DNA from: Acidimicrobiia bacterium
GTDB taxonomy: Bacteria; Actinomycetota; Acidimicrobiia; Acidimicrobiales; JANYDT01
Reading direction: 5' to 3'
Assembly (NCBI GenBank): GCA_031429095.1
Contig: JANOYY010000047.1
Coordinates: 4,571-68,570, forward strand
DNA length: 64,000 nt
Shown here: positions 28,607-37,836 of the stretch, piece by piece
Numbering within the stretch: position 1 is the stretch's first letter
Layout: each line of letters starts with the position of its first letter
The notes under the pieces: model-generated
The model's input: the letters and a program-made list of their open reading frames with translations, nothing else
Databases searched by the model: none
What the model was told of the DNA's origin: nothing
Program-made: the position numbers and the translations under genes

Positions 28607-29368
28607 TCAGGCGTTGGTGACGCCCAGCCCGAGCCCACCGTCGACCACGAGCACTTCCCCGGTGGTCCATTCCGCGCAGGCGAGGTAGCCGATCGCTTCT
28701 GCGATCTCTTCACCGGTGCCGATTCGGCCCAGTGCATGGGAACTGCCGAGGCTTTGCAGGCGGGCCAATGCGGTCTCGTCGTCGAAGAGGCCGGCACGCT
28801 GGTTGAGCTCCGTGAACACCGCACCGGGTCGTAGGCAGCTCACCCGAATTCCCTTCGGGCCGAGTTCCGCTGCGAGGACACCGGTGAGCGTCTCCAGGGC
28901 ACCCTTCGTTGCCGCGTACGGCGAGACACCGGGAAACGCTCGCTTCGTGTGAACGGATCCGATGAAGATCACTGCCCCACGGCGTTGGGCCAGCGGTCCG
29001 TAGGCGGCTTGAGTCAGCATCATTGGCCCGATCACGTTGGTATGGAAGACCTCCTGCAGCGCCGACTCCTCCAGTGTCTCGAGCGGACCGCGGTACATGT
29101 TCGCGGCGTTGTTCACGAGGACGTCGATGCCCCCGCCGTGGGCGAGTGCTGCGGCGATCAAGCGGTCGCGGTCGTCGGCGACCGCGACGTCGGCGACGAC
29201 GGCCTTGCAGCGTGGCCCGATCGACTCGGCGACGGCGGCGATCTTGTCGGGGCGGCGTCCACAAATGGTGACCTGGGCCCCGCGCTCGGCGAACCAGCGG
29301 GCGGTGGCCTCCCCGATCCCCGATCCAGCACCGGTCACGACTACAGACATTCCTTCAATGTTGCGCAT
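28607..29368 (-). CDS. SDR-family oxidoreductase
   Basis: TGAGSGIG and YAATKGA. The start is ambiguous (in-frame ATGs at 29377, 29368 and 29350; longest ORF 29437). Confidence 0.85.
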   Translation of the reverse strand: MRNIEGMSVVVTGAGSGIGEATARWFAERGAQVTICGRRPDKIAAVAESIGPRCKAVVADVAVADDRDRLIAAALAHGGGIDVLVNNAANMYRGPLETLEESALQEVFHTNVIGPMMLTQAAYGPLAQRRGAVIFIGSVHTKRAFPGVSPYAATKGALETLTGVLAAELGPKGIRVSCLRPGAVFTELNQRAGLFDDETALARLQSLGSSHALGRIGTGEEIAEAIGYLACAEWTTGEVLVVDGGLGLGVTNA

Positions 29369-29542
29369 GGCTACCATGCTGGCAGGCCCGCGCAACCGGA
29401 GCGAAGTCGTCGACTCCAACGCCAAAGCCAACTCCAACTTCGTACTGATTCACTGCGACTCGGGCGATTTCGAACCCTGGATACCCAAAAAGCGGCCCGC
29501 TTCGGCCCGTGCTCGCGGCGACTGATTCTTCATGCGCAGCGT

Positions 29543-30400
29543 TCAGTGCACCTGATCGCGTTGTTCCCGAGTTGAATCGTCGGTCTCGGTCGTCATCGGC
29601 TGCTGCCTCTGCGCCTCCATTTCGGCGCGCCAGCGCCGCCAGTTCCGGCGAACGTATGTGCTGATCCAGGCGATGTGCGCGAGGTCATGGGCACCGCGGC
29701 GAATGGGAGCGGCTATCGGGGGCTCGATCCCGAGGAAAAGACCTCGGTTGTGCAATTCCCTCACGACTTCAGCGGCGATGAGTTGGTGACCGTACCTATT
29801 GGGGTGGAGTCGATCGACCGCGCGAACCGCGGACGTGAACGTCTCCGGTTGAGCGGCCAAATCCACAAGAACCAGTCCGTAGTCAGCGACAGCAGCGCGG
29901 ATTGTGTCGTTCATCGTTGCAATGTTGCGGGCGAGTTTCTCGCGCAGCGGAGCGCGCACCGGCAGGGGAGCGAAGACGTCATGAATCGTTGCGGTGATAA
30001 CGATCGGTGAGTGAGATGTAAGCGCGCCGAACAATTTGCGGAACCGCTGGTCGAATTGGTGAAGGTCGAGGTTGGCGTCCCACAGGTCATTGATCCCGAT
30101 AAAGCATGACATCACGTCGGCCGAATCATAAAGTGCACGCTGCAGTTGTTCGTCGATAACGTGTTCAAGGCGGGCTCCGGCGACGGCGACGTTGCAAACC
30201 TCTACGGGCTGACCTGAGGCTCGTATTGCGCTCGCCAAATAGGATACCCAGCCATCGAGTTCTCCCGCGAATCCGGCGCGACCGGAGCTAGGGTCGCCGA
30301 CCCCCTGCGTGAGACTGTCGCCTAACCCCACAAATCGCATCGTCGCGTTCGTCTTGGGATTCGACGAGTCACGGACGGCTTCTGTCGACGATTCGGTCAC
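29543..30400 (-). CDS. SGNH/GDSL hydrolase-family protein
   Basis: Block I FVGLGDSLTQG and block V DRLHPN; 285 aa. Confidence 0.75.
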   Translation of the reverse strand: MTESSTEAVRDSSNPKTNATMRFVGLGDSLTQGVGDPSSGRAGFAGELDGWVSYLASAIRASGQPVEVCNVAVAGARLEHVIDEQLQRALYDSADVMSCFIGINDLWDANLDLHQFDQRFRKLFGALTSHSPIVITATIHDVFAPLPVRAPLREKLARNIATMNDTIRAAVADYGLVLVDLAAQPETFTSAVRAVDRLHPNRYGHQLIAAEVVRELHNRGLFLGIEPPIAAPIRRGAHDLAHIAWISTYVRRNWRRWRAEMEAQRQQPMTTETDDSTREQRDQVH

Positions 30401-30575
30401 GAAAGAAGCGTACCGAGGTTCGCATCGTTGTGATTCCGCTTCCCAAAGGGCCGTTGCGCCAGATACCGCCCAATGTTGTGGCCAGCCTTCACGACGGTGA
30501 TCGTGAACGTGCGACGTCGCCTGACCAGTCGTTCGGGTCCGCCTGTGGCCGAAGTGTGCGCGCCAGGGTGGCGTC

Positions 30576-31295
30576 TCACACCCCGGTGTCGATAAGCCAC
30601 GAAAGGAGTTCGACCAAGCGCTTACGGTGCGACGCAGTGTTGAGCGAGCGGGCGTCGTGGCCCATGGTGTCGACTCCGACTCGAGCTGAGCCCTCGTTCC
30701 TACCCCACATCACGACCTGCTCGTCGCCGACGCCACCAGCGCCAAGGGGAGGCGCGTTTTGCGCAGTCGCTGTCGGGTCCACCCGGCCGTAGGCCCACGG
30801 TACAAGGTCGTGGTCGACGACTCGCAAACCGTGGTAGACCTCGTCGGCAAACGTCGTCTCGGTGTCGCCTACGCGGAAGTGGACATCGGCGTGGACGGGA
30901 TGAAACGAACGGTCCCAATCCCAGCACGCCCCGAGGATATCTCCCCAGCGCGCCCAGTCGTCGAAACAGATGCAGCTGGTGTGGAGCGCAAAAAGCGGGC
31001 GGCCGTTTCCAACGTGCTGTTCTACCGCTCTGCGAAGAGGTTCGGTTGCTTCGTAGAAATAATGAGCTCGCAGATGATCGTACCGCTCGGCCTGCATCCG
31101 CCACCGCAGAGCGTTGAACGACAGAACGTCGTATTGGGCAACATCTTGTAACGCACCCTCCCAGTTGTCGACCTCGACAACGGTCGTGTCCACCCCTAGT
31201 TCGCGGAAAAGTTCGGCGAGGGTCGACGACGACTCAGCAAAGCGATGGCCGACTCCGCCGGTAAGGAGCAAATTGCGCATAGCAAACCATGCCAC
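30576..31295 (-). CDS. ThuA-domain (trehalose-utilisation-like) protein
   Basis: LLLTGGVGHRF, LFALHTSCICFDDW, GHDARS. GTG 31295 or ATG 31280 are possible starts. Confidence 0.65.
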   Translation of the reverse strand: MAWFAMRNLLLTGGVGHRFAESSSTLAELFRELGVDTTVVEVDNWEGALQDVAQYDVLSFNALRWRMQAERYDHLRAHYFYEATEPLRRAVEQHVGNGRPLFALHTSCICFDDWARWGDILGACWDWDRSFHPVHADVHFRVGDTETTFADEVYHGLRVVDHDLVPWAYGRVDPTATAQNAPPLGAGGVGDEQVVMWGRNEGSARVGVDTMGHDARSLNTASHRKRLVELLSWLIDTGV

Positions 31296-31503
31296 GCTCG
31301 GATTGGACGCGACGCCACCAACAGGTGAACGCTGTTGTTCCCGAAGCGCCCACTATTGCGACGCTTCCGTCGCCCCTGAACGTGAGAACCGTTTTATGCA
31401 CCACAAGGAAGAGGCATCGTGACGGAGCCCATGACGATGTTTGCCCCGGCCCAGCACGCTCGCATCACCCTCGTAGGAACCTCGGACGAAACGGAAGAGA
31501 TTC

Positions 31504-32028
31504 ATGACTTCTAACCTAGATTCTTTGCTGGCGAAAGATTCCGTCCGCGACGTCCTCATGCGGTATTGCCGCGGTGTCGACCGATGTGATTCCGAGTTGT
31601 TGAAGAGTTGCTACCACCCAGACGCCACCGATGATCACGGGCATTGGAAGGGCAACGGCCACGACTTCGCCGAGTTCATCGTCGGGTCTATCCGGACGAG
31701 GGCACACCACACCACTCATTCCGTGGCAAACGTCCTCATCGAATTTGATCCCGGCGATCCCAACGCTGCGCAGGTGGAGTCGTATGCACTGGCGTATTTG
31801 CGTCGGACCGATGAAGCCGGCGCTGAATGGCTTGACCTGTTCGCAGGGCGTTATCTCGACCGGTTCGAGCGACGCGATCAGGCGTGGCGAATAGCGCAGC
31901 GAGTTGTTGTTCACGACTGGTCGACGTCGACGCGATTCGACGCCGCGACCAGCTTCCCGCTTCCGATGGAAGGCTTTACCCAGGGCCGACGAGATCGGAA
32001 TGACCCTGTGTATAGAGGTACTGCATGA
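31504..32028 (+). CDS. NTF2-like / SnoaL_4 domain protein
   Basis: VRDVLMRYCRGVDRCD and GRYLDRFERRDQAWRIAQR. It is a paralogue of 7003-7503, and its stop overlaps the start of P450 copy 3 (ATGA). Confidence 0.7.
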   Translation: MTSNLDSLLAKDSVRDVLMRYCRGVDRCDSELLKSCYHPDATDDHGHWKGNGHDFAEFIVGSIRTRAHHTTHSVANVLIEFDPGDPNAAQVESYALAYLRRTDEAGAEWLDLFAGRYLDRFERRDQAWRIAQRVVVHDWSTSTRFDAATSFPLPMEGFTQGRRDRNDPVYRGTA

Positions 32029-33224
32029 GCCGGACAGTAATCCTAAAGACATATGCACACGTAATGTCTGCGTACCGGAATCGAGAGCTTCGTCAGGCGC
32101 TCTTCGACGACGGTGTTGTGATGCAAGACGTCCTGATCAACCTTCATGGTGAGGCGCATCGGGCTCGCCGCCGCCTCGAGAACCGATTGTTCCGACGTGA
32201 CACGTTTGAGCATTACGAGCGCGAACTGTTTCCCTCAATCATCATGGAGACGCTGGAGCCGCATCGCAGCGCTGGGCGGGCGGAGCTCGTATCGCTCGGC
32301 CATCAGTTGATGATGAACCTTGGCGCACTGAGCGCTGGGCTCGACCGGCCCGAGGGTACGCCAGAAGAAACGTTTCGACTCTACGAGTTCATGATGACCT
32401 TCATCGAGGGTGCGACGATCGCCGATTACCTCGGCGACAGAGAAGCCCTGGAAGATCGAGTCCGGGCGGCGCTCGTCGACTTCGACGTGCAGTTTGTTCG
32501 ACCCTCAAAACAACGGCGGCTAAGACTGCTGTCCGCACTTGAACGCAACGAGATATCCGAATCAGAGCTTCCCAAAGACGTGCTCACGGTGTTGCTCCGC
32601 AACGTCGATCAGCTGGCACTCCCCGATGACGTGATTCTTCGTGAGACGGCCTTCTTCCTGCTGTCGGGTGCGCACACGACTGCGACGAGCTTCACGAGAA
32701 CCATGCACCGTCTCCTTCTTCACTTCACCTCCCATCCCGAAGATCGTGAGCGCGCCCGCTCCGATCGCCGCTTCCTCCAACAGGCGGTGCACGAAGTATT
32801 GCGCCTCGAACCACCGAGCCCCCTGCGTCGTCGGCGCGCGGTAGCTTCGACCATCGTGGGCGACGCCATGACGGTTGACGTTGATGACATGGTCGATCTC
32901 GATTTGGTGTCAGCCAACCGCGACCGCGATGTGTTCGGCGCGACCGCAGACGAGTTCGATCCCCATCGGCTGCTCCCGTCGGACGTAGCGCCGTGGGGCA
33001 CCAGCTTTGGCACCGGCATGCATGCCTGTATCGGGCAGGACATGGCTGCGGGTACGCTCCCGGACCCTGATGCGTCGACGGCGGCCCAGCTCTTTGGTCT
33101 CGTCCCGGTTGCCATTCAAGCCGTGCTTTCGATGGGAGTCGGCATGGACCCGCAAAACCCGCCCGAGCTCGATGTGCTCACCAGCCGCGGTTATTTCAAG
33201 CGTTATCCCGTACTCTTGGGTTAA
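32025..33224 (+). CDS. cytochrome P450 (paralogue group A, copy 3)
   Basis: FGTGMHACIGQDMA and EVLRLEP; 399 aa. Confidence 0.9.
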   Translation: MSRTVILKTYAHVMSAYRNRELRQALFDDGVVMQDVLINLHGEAHRARRRLENRLFRRDTFEHYERELFPSIIMETLEPHRSAGRAELVSLGHQLMMNLGALSAGLDRPEGTPEETFRLYEFMMTFIEGATIADYLGDREALEDRVRAALVDFDVQFVRPSKQRRLRLLSALERNEISESELPKDVLTVLLRNVDQLALPDDVILRETAFFLLSGAHTTATSFTRTMHRLLLHFTSHPEDRERARSDRRFLQQAVHEVLRLEPPSPLRRRRAVASTIVGDAMTVDVDDMVDLDLVSANRDRDVFGATADEFDPHRLLPSDVAPWGTSFGTGMHACIGQDMAAGTLPDPDASTAAQLFGLVPVAIQAVLSMGVGMDPQNPPELDVLTSRGYFKRYPVLLG

Positions 33225-33285
33225 GGGTGTTTACGCGAATCGTGTGCACTGGGTCGCTCCGGAGCGACGGTAGTACCGCTCTCGG

Positions 33286-34116
33286 TCAGTCGTCGGCCAT
33301 GCCAACTTTGTCGACGGACTTTGGGCGGGGAAGGTTTGCAATCATCGACATGGTCACGCCGCCGTCGACGAGAATGTTCTGTCCCGTGATGTAGCTGGCA
33401 TCCTCCGAACCGAGGAACAACACGACCCGGGCGATGTCTTCCGAAAGGCCGAGGCGACCGAGCGGCACCTTCGATTCGCGAGCATGGCGGATAACCGGAT
33501 CGGCGTAGATCGGCTCTGACATGCCTCCATCGATGAGGCCGGGCGCGACCGCATTCACCCGGATGCCGAGTGGTCCCCACTCGATCGCCATCTGCTGGGT
33601 AAGAAGGGCAATCCCCGCTTTGGTTGATCCATACGCGCCACCGTTGGGACCGGGTGCCACACCGTTCATCGAGGTGATGTTGACGATGGCGCCTCCACCC
33701 GCCGCCTGCATCATCGATGCCATTATACGTGCGCATAGAAAAGTTCCCGTAAGGTTGATGTCGACGACGAGTCGCCAGTCTTCGACAGAAAGGTCAAGAA
33801 GCGGTCCGAACCGCACGACGCCCGCGTTGTTCACGAGCAGCTTCGGAACGCCGAAGGCGGCTCGGAACTCTTCGAACGATGCACGTACCGCGTCCTCGTC
33901 GTTGGTGCTTGCGATCAAGGCAATCGCTTGTCCACCGGCTGCGATGATTTCGCGTACGACACTGTCGGCGCCGACGTCGTCGATGTCGAGCACACCAACG
34001 GGCGTGCCTTGGCGGGCGGCCGCTCGGGCGATCTCGGCTCCGATTCCTCGGCCTGCTCCGGTGACTATGACTGGCCCAGGATCGGTGCGGGGTTGCGGGT
34101 GTGCGGTGTTCGACAT
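33286..34116 (-). CDS. SDR-family oxidoreductase
   Basis: TGAGRGIG, NNAG and YGSTKAG. Confidence 0.85.
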   Translation of the reverse strand: MSNTAHPQPRTDPGPVIVTGAGRGIGAEIARAAARQGTPVGVLDIDDVGADSVVREIIAAGGQAIALIASTNDEDAVRASFEEFRAAFGVPKLLVNNAGVVRFGPLLDLSVEDWRLVVDINLTGTFLCARIMASMMQAAGGGAIVNITSMNGVAPGPNGGAYGSTKAGIALLTQQMAIEWGPLGIRVNAVAPGLIDGGMSEPIYADPVIRHARESKVPLGRLGLSEDIARVVLFLGSEDASYITGQNILVDGGVTMSMIANLPRPKSVDKVGMADD

Positions 34117-34159
34117 GGGTGTTTTCTAGCGCTGGTCACTCATGTTGGCCGAATCGGGA

Positions 34160-35347
34160 TCAGCGAACCGGCACGATCCGCGAGACGCTTCCCGCCTCGT
34201 AGTCGAGGACAAGGAGCTCACCTTTCGCGTCATGACCGAGTGAAGAAACCATCGCCACGGGGAGCTGTTTGCTCCAGTCCTTGCGATCAACGGCCGACGC
34301 GCCGTCGTAACGGAAGCTCTGTATCCACCCGAAACACCAGTCAGCGTAGAAGTAGTGACCATCGAGTTCGGGAATCGCGTTGCCGCGATAGACCTCGCCG
34401 CCGACGATCGAGCAGCCGTTGTCGTCGTGACGGACCTCGAGAACCGGGGCGACAAGCGGCGTGGCGGCTGTGCCCTTGAGATACTTCTTTGACCCCTGCA
34501 TGAGCGGCCAGCCAAAGTTCAGACCGGGGGAGTCGAGCTTCACGACATCGATCTCCTCGATCGACTCCTGACCCACGTCGCCGATGTATGCGAGATTGGA
34601 TTTGGCGTCGATGCTGAATCGCCACGGGTTGCGAAACCCGTACCACCAGACCTCGGCTCGACCGGTTTGCCCGTCGGCGAAGGGGTTGCCCGCCGGGATG
34701 GCATACGGGGGCGTGTCGATGTCGATGCGAAGAATTTTGCCGAGCAGGGTCTTCGTGTTCTGAGGGTTCTCCTTCGGCCGTGCGCCGTCGCCCACGGAGA
34801 TGTAGAGAAGCCCGTCGGGTCCGAATCGGAGTGCTCCTCCGTTGTGTCGTATGGCGTCGGCGCCTTTGTCGATACGGAGCAGTTCGGTTCTGCTGGTCGG
34901 GTCGACCCGCCGACCGTCGGGAGCGACGGTGTAGGACACAAGGAGATTGTCGTTGTCTTTGCGGGTGTGAAAGACGAACACCCGTCGATCGACGGGATAC
35001 TTCGGATGGAACGCGATGCCGAGTAATCCTTGTTCGATGCTGTTGGACTTCACGAAGCCCTTCAGGTTGAGGAACGGCTCTTTTGCTGGTCGTCCGTTCT
35101 CGACCAGTCGGGCCGTTCCTGCCCGCTGCGCCACTACGAGCAGGCCATCGTCAAGGGGCGCAGCGACGTCGACGGGTTCAACCAGACCGGTTGCGACGGT
35201 CTGCAGTGTCAACTTCTTCAGGGGCGCGGGAGCCGAGGTCTGCGCCCGAGAACTATGCACACCTACCAACGACAGCACCGCGATAAGCAGACCCATGACG
35301 AGCGTTGGCTGCCGAAGACTTCTCTGACCGTCGGGTGTTGGTTTCAT
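34160..35347 (-). CDS. PQQ-dependent sugar (glucose/sorbosone) dehydrogenase, secreted
   Basis: GLLGIAFHP, HNGGALRFGPDGLLYISVGDG and GFRNPWRFS. Starts at ATG 35347 (MKPTPDGQRSLRQPTLVMGLLIAVLSLV signal). The upstream part of the 488-aa ORF overlaps the divergent P450 promoter region. Confidence 0.8.
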   Translation of the reverse strand: MKPTPDGQRSLRQPTLVMGLLIAVLSLVGVHSSRAQTSAPAPLKKLTLQTVATGLVEPVDVAAPLDDGLLVVAQRAGTARLVENGRPAKEPFLNLKGFVKSNSIEQGLLGIAFHPKYPVDRRVFVFHTRKDNDNLLVSYTVAPDGRRVDPTSRTELLRIDKGADAIRHNGGALRFGPDGLLYISVGDGARPKENPQNTKTLLGKILRIDIDTPPYAIPAGNPFADGQTGRAEVWWYGFRNPWRFSIDAKSNLAYIGDVGQESIEEIDVVKLDSPGLNFGWPLMQGSKKYLKGTAATPLVAPVLEVRHDDNGCSIVGGEVYRGNAIPELDGHYFYADWCFGWIQSFRYDGASAVDRKDWSKQLPVAMVSSLGHDAKGELLVLDYEAGSVSRIVPVR

Positions 35348-35467
35348 CGGTTGTTCAGCCTGCCACACCGACTGCTTTCCGTTCGAACGGCGGCCAGTGG
35401 CTTCTTCGGACGGTGCCCTTCTATTATCGGCCAACCGCGTGTGCGGCCCGAAGGACCTGGAGTTGAC

Positions 35468-36709
35468 ATGCGTGATTCGACAACCGACCTTTTCACCAAC
35501 CATCTCCGATTTGGTGACCTCGAAGACTGGCATCGTGAAGTCGACACTCTTCGGGCGATCGGGCCGGTCCTTCGAGTAGACCGAAGCCTCGATGGCTTCA
35601 CGCCCTTTTGGGCGGTGATCGGTCACGAAGAGGTCATGCAGGTCGAGCGTCAGCCCGAGCTGTTCGCCAATGAACCGAACGCGGTTCTCGGTCGCATCGC
35701 TGACATCGAGCGGCAGCGCTCGTCAGGAGCGGTAATCCGCTCGCTTGTGCAGATGGATGCGCCCGATCATCCCAAGTACCGAAAGCTGACGGCAGACTGG
35801 TTCAAGCCGGGAAGCCTCGGTCGCCTGCAGCAACGTCTGGATGAGTTAAGCGCGCAGACTATATCCAAGCTGGAATCGTTTGGTGGGCGGTGCGACTTCG
35901 CCCAAGATGTCGCCGTCTGGTATCCCTTGCAGGTGATCCTCGCGATCCTTGGGCTGCCCGAATCGGACTACGCGCGGATGCTGAAGCTCACGCAGGAACT
36001 CTTCGGGGCCAGCGATGATGATCTCGGCCGAGGAGAGCACGGTATCGATGATCTCATCGCGGTGATCATGGACTTCTTTCAATACTTCATGGGCGTAACG
36101 GCCGAGCGTCGAACCAACCCTGGAGACGACCTTGCATCGTTGATCGCCAACGGCCGCATCGACGGTGAGCCGATGCCCGATATCGAAACGATCAGCTACT
36201 ACATCATCGTCGCCACCGCCGGCCACGACACGACGTCGAGCGCGATGACCGGCGGCCTGCAGGCCTTGCTCGAGAACCCTGATCAGCTCGCCCGTCTCGC
36301 GACCGACCCCACACTGCTCAATTCCGCGGTCGACGAAATGATTCGGTACACATCGCCAGTACGGCACTTCATGAGGACCGCACAGGCCGACGCTGACGTC
36401 GGCGGCGCACAGATCAAGAAGGGTGACTGGCTATACCTTTCCTATCTTGCGGCGAATCGGGACCCTGCACTCTTTGAAAACCCGCATACCTTCGACGTCG
36501 GCCGTACAAACGCCGACCGTCACTTGGCGTTTGGCTTTGGTGCTCACTTTTGCCTTGGAGCGCAGCTGGCCCGGATGGAGCTGCGCACCCTGTTTCGTGA
36601 TCTGCTGCCGCGCTTCGAGCACATCGAGCTTGCCGGCACACCACAGAATATGAAGACGACGTTCGTCGGGGGCACGAAATCCCTGCCCGTTTCCTACCGG
36701 CTCAACTGA
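35468..36709 (+). CDS. cytochrome P450 (distinct family, CYP125/P450cam-like architecture)
   Basis: I-helix ATAGHDTTS and heme loop FGFGAHFCLGAQLA. Starts MRDSTTDLF at ATG 35468; the 559-aa ORF start at 35030 overlaps the opposite-strand dehydrogenase. Confidence 0.9.
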   Translation: MRDSTTDLFTNHLRFGDLEDWHREVDTLRAIGPVLRVDRSLDGFTPFWAVIGHEEVMQVERQPELFANEPNAVLGRIADIERQRSSGAVIRSLVQMDAPDHPKYRKLTADWFKPGSLGRLQQRLDELSAQTISKLESFGGRCDFAQDVAVWYPLQVILAILGLPESDYARMLKLTQELFGASDDDLGRGEHGIDDLIAVIMDFFQYFMGVTAERRTNPGDDLASLIANGRIDGEPMPDIETISYYIIVATAGHDTTSSAMTGGLQALLENPDQLARLATDPTLLNSAVDEMIRYTSPVRHFMRTAQADADVGGAQIKKGDWLYLSYLAANRDPALFENPHTFDVGRTNADRHLAFGFGAHFCLGAQLARMELRTLFRDLLPRFEHIELAGTPQNMKTTFVGGTKSLPVSYRLN

Positions 36710-36778
36710 GTCGCCATTCAGCCCGGCCGGCTTCGTGGCTTCTCTTTCGCAGAGGCCGCCTGGTACCTTGTGCCCTGT

Positions 36779-36898
36779 ATGCACAGCGTCGTAATGCACA
36801 GCGTCGTAATGCACAGCGTCGTAATGCACAGCGTCGTAATGCACAGCGTCGTAATGCACAACGTCGTAATGCACAACGTCGTAATGCACAACGTCGGG
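36779..36898. repeat. 15-bp perfect tandem repeat, about 7.7 copies (5 x ATGCACAGCGTCGTA, then 2 x ATGCACAACGTCGTA plus one partial copy)
   Basis: Read directly from lines 36781-36900. It is intergenic, between the P450 stop (36709) and the SDR start (36923). Confidence 0.95.
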
Positions 36899-36922
36899 TG
36901 CTGAGCCGGGAAGGGCAAACAA

Positions 36923-37690
36923 ATGGGTGTACTTAACAATCGTGTCGTTATCGTCACCGGCGCGGCAGGGGGAATTGGGAGTGCCCTGTGTCGAAGGTTC
37001 GTCGCCGAGGGGGCCCGCGTGGCCGTTTTGGATTTGAACCACGTCCGAGCTGTCGAACTTGCTGCCGCCCTTTCCTCCGATGGTGTCGCGGCCCGAGCCT
37101 ATGGACTCGACATCAGTGACATCGCAGCCGTCTACGGGGTCGTGGCCTCGGTCGAGGACGAACTCGGACCTATCGATGTCTTGGTGAACAACGCGGGGTG
37201 GGATCTCGCTGGTCCGTTCGTCGACAGCGATCCCGAACTGTGGTCGAAGATCATTGCGGTCAACCTCACCGGCCCGCTGAACATGCATCATGCGGTGCTG
37301 CAAGGGATGACATCGCGCGGTCGCGGTCGTATCGTGAATATCTCCTCCGACGCTGGTCGAGTGGGCTCGTCGGGAGAGTCGGTGTACTCCGCATGCAAGG
37401 GTGGGATCATCTCGTTCTCGAAAACGATGGCTCGCGAGCTGGCACGAAAGCAGATCAACGTGAACGTGGTGTGCCCCGGCCCCACCGACACCGCGTTGTT
37501 CCGAGACTTCGCCGGTGAAGGGGAAGCGGGCGACAAGCTGCGCGCTGCGCTGACCCGGTCAATTCCGTTCGGCCGACTCGGGCAGCCGGAGGACGTTGTC
37601 GGCGCCGTTCTCTTCCTGGCTTCCGACGATGCCGCCTTTGTTACCGGGCAGGTAATCAGTGTGTCCGGTGGACTCACAATGGCCGGATAG
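36923..37690 (+). CDS. SDR-family oxidoreductase (FabG-like)
   Basis: TGAAGGIG, NNAG and YSACKGG; 255 aa. Confidence 0.9.
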   Translation: MGVLNNRVVIVTGAAGGIGSALCRRFVAEGARVAVLDLNHVRAVELAAALSSDGVAARAYGLDISDIAAVYGVVASVEDELGPIDVLVNNAGWDLAGPFVDSDPELWSKIIAVNLTGPLNMHHAVLQGMTSRGRGRIVNISSDAGRVGSSGESVYSACKGGIISFSKTMARELARKQINVNVVCPGPTDTALFRDFAGEGEAGDKLRAALTRSIPFGRLGQPEDVVGAVLFLASDDAAFVTGQVISVSGGLTMAG

Positions 37691-37836
37691 AGATAAATAC
37701 GGTTCCCCCAGCCGTTCGACAGGTTGGACGGTGGGGCAAAGTTCTGGAGTCCGCTCGAGAAGTTGACCACCGCGAAGAAGCCGATCGACGCAGCGCACGA
37801 TTTCGCACCCAAGTGCTATTGCGCTAGAAAGCTCCA

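Noticed and set aside
35030-35467. Long N-terminal extensions of listed ORFs (also 19087-19293, 35348-35626, 44258-44476, 44872-45276, 45437-45724, 59148-59324, 63302-63463, 5800-6105)
   Set aside because: The extensions are Arg/Ser/Cys-rich and overlap neighbouring genes or divergent promoters. They also precede the point where family-typical sequence and SD-preceded start codons occur. I trimmed these genes to internal starts.
36779-36898. Tandem repeat considered as a CRISPR array
   Set aside because: The units are 15 bp and directly abutting with no spacers, and there are no cas genes in the window.
36779-36904. Plus-strand mini-ORF (MHSVV)5(MHNVV)2MHNVGC created by an ATG in every repeat unit
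   Set aside because: It has no SD and a low-complexity product, and it is in frame with the P450 stop only by coincidence of the 15-nt unit. I have no evidence that it is translated, so I kept it only as a note under the repeat finding.
36431-37303. 290-aa minus-strand ORF containing (VHYDA/V)x8
   Set aside because: It overlaps the 3' end of a well-supported P450 and the 5' half of a well-supported SDR. The periodic peptide is simply the tandem DNA repeat read in an open frame.
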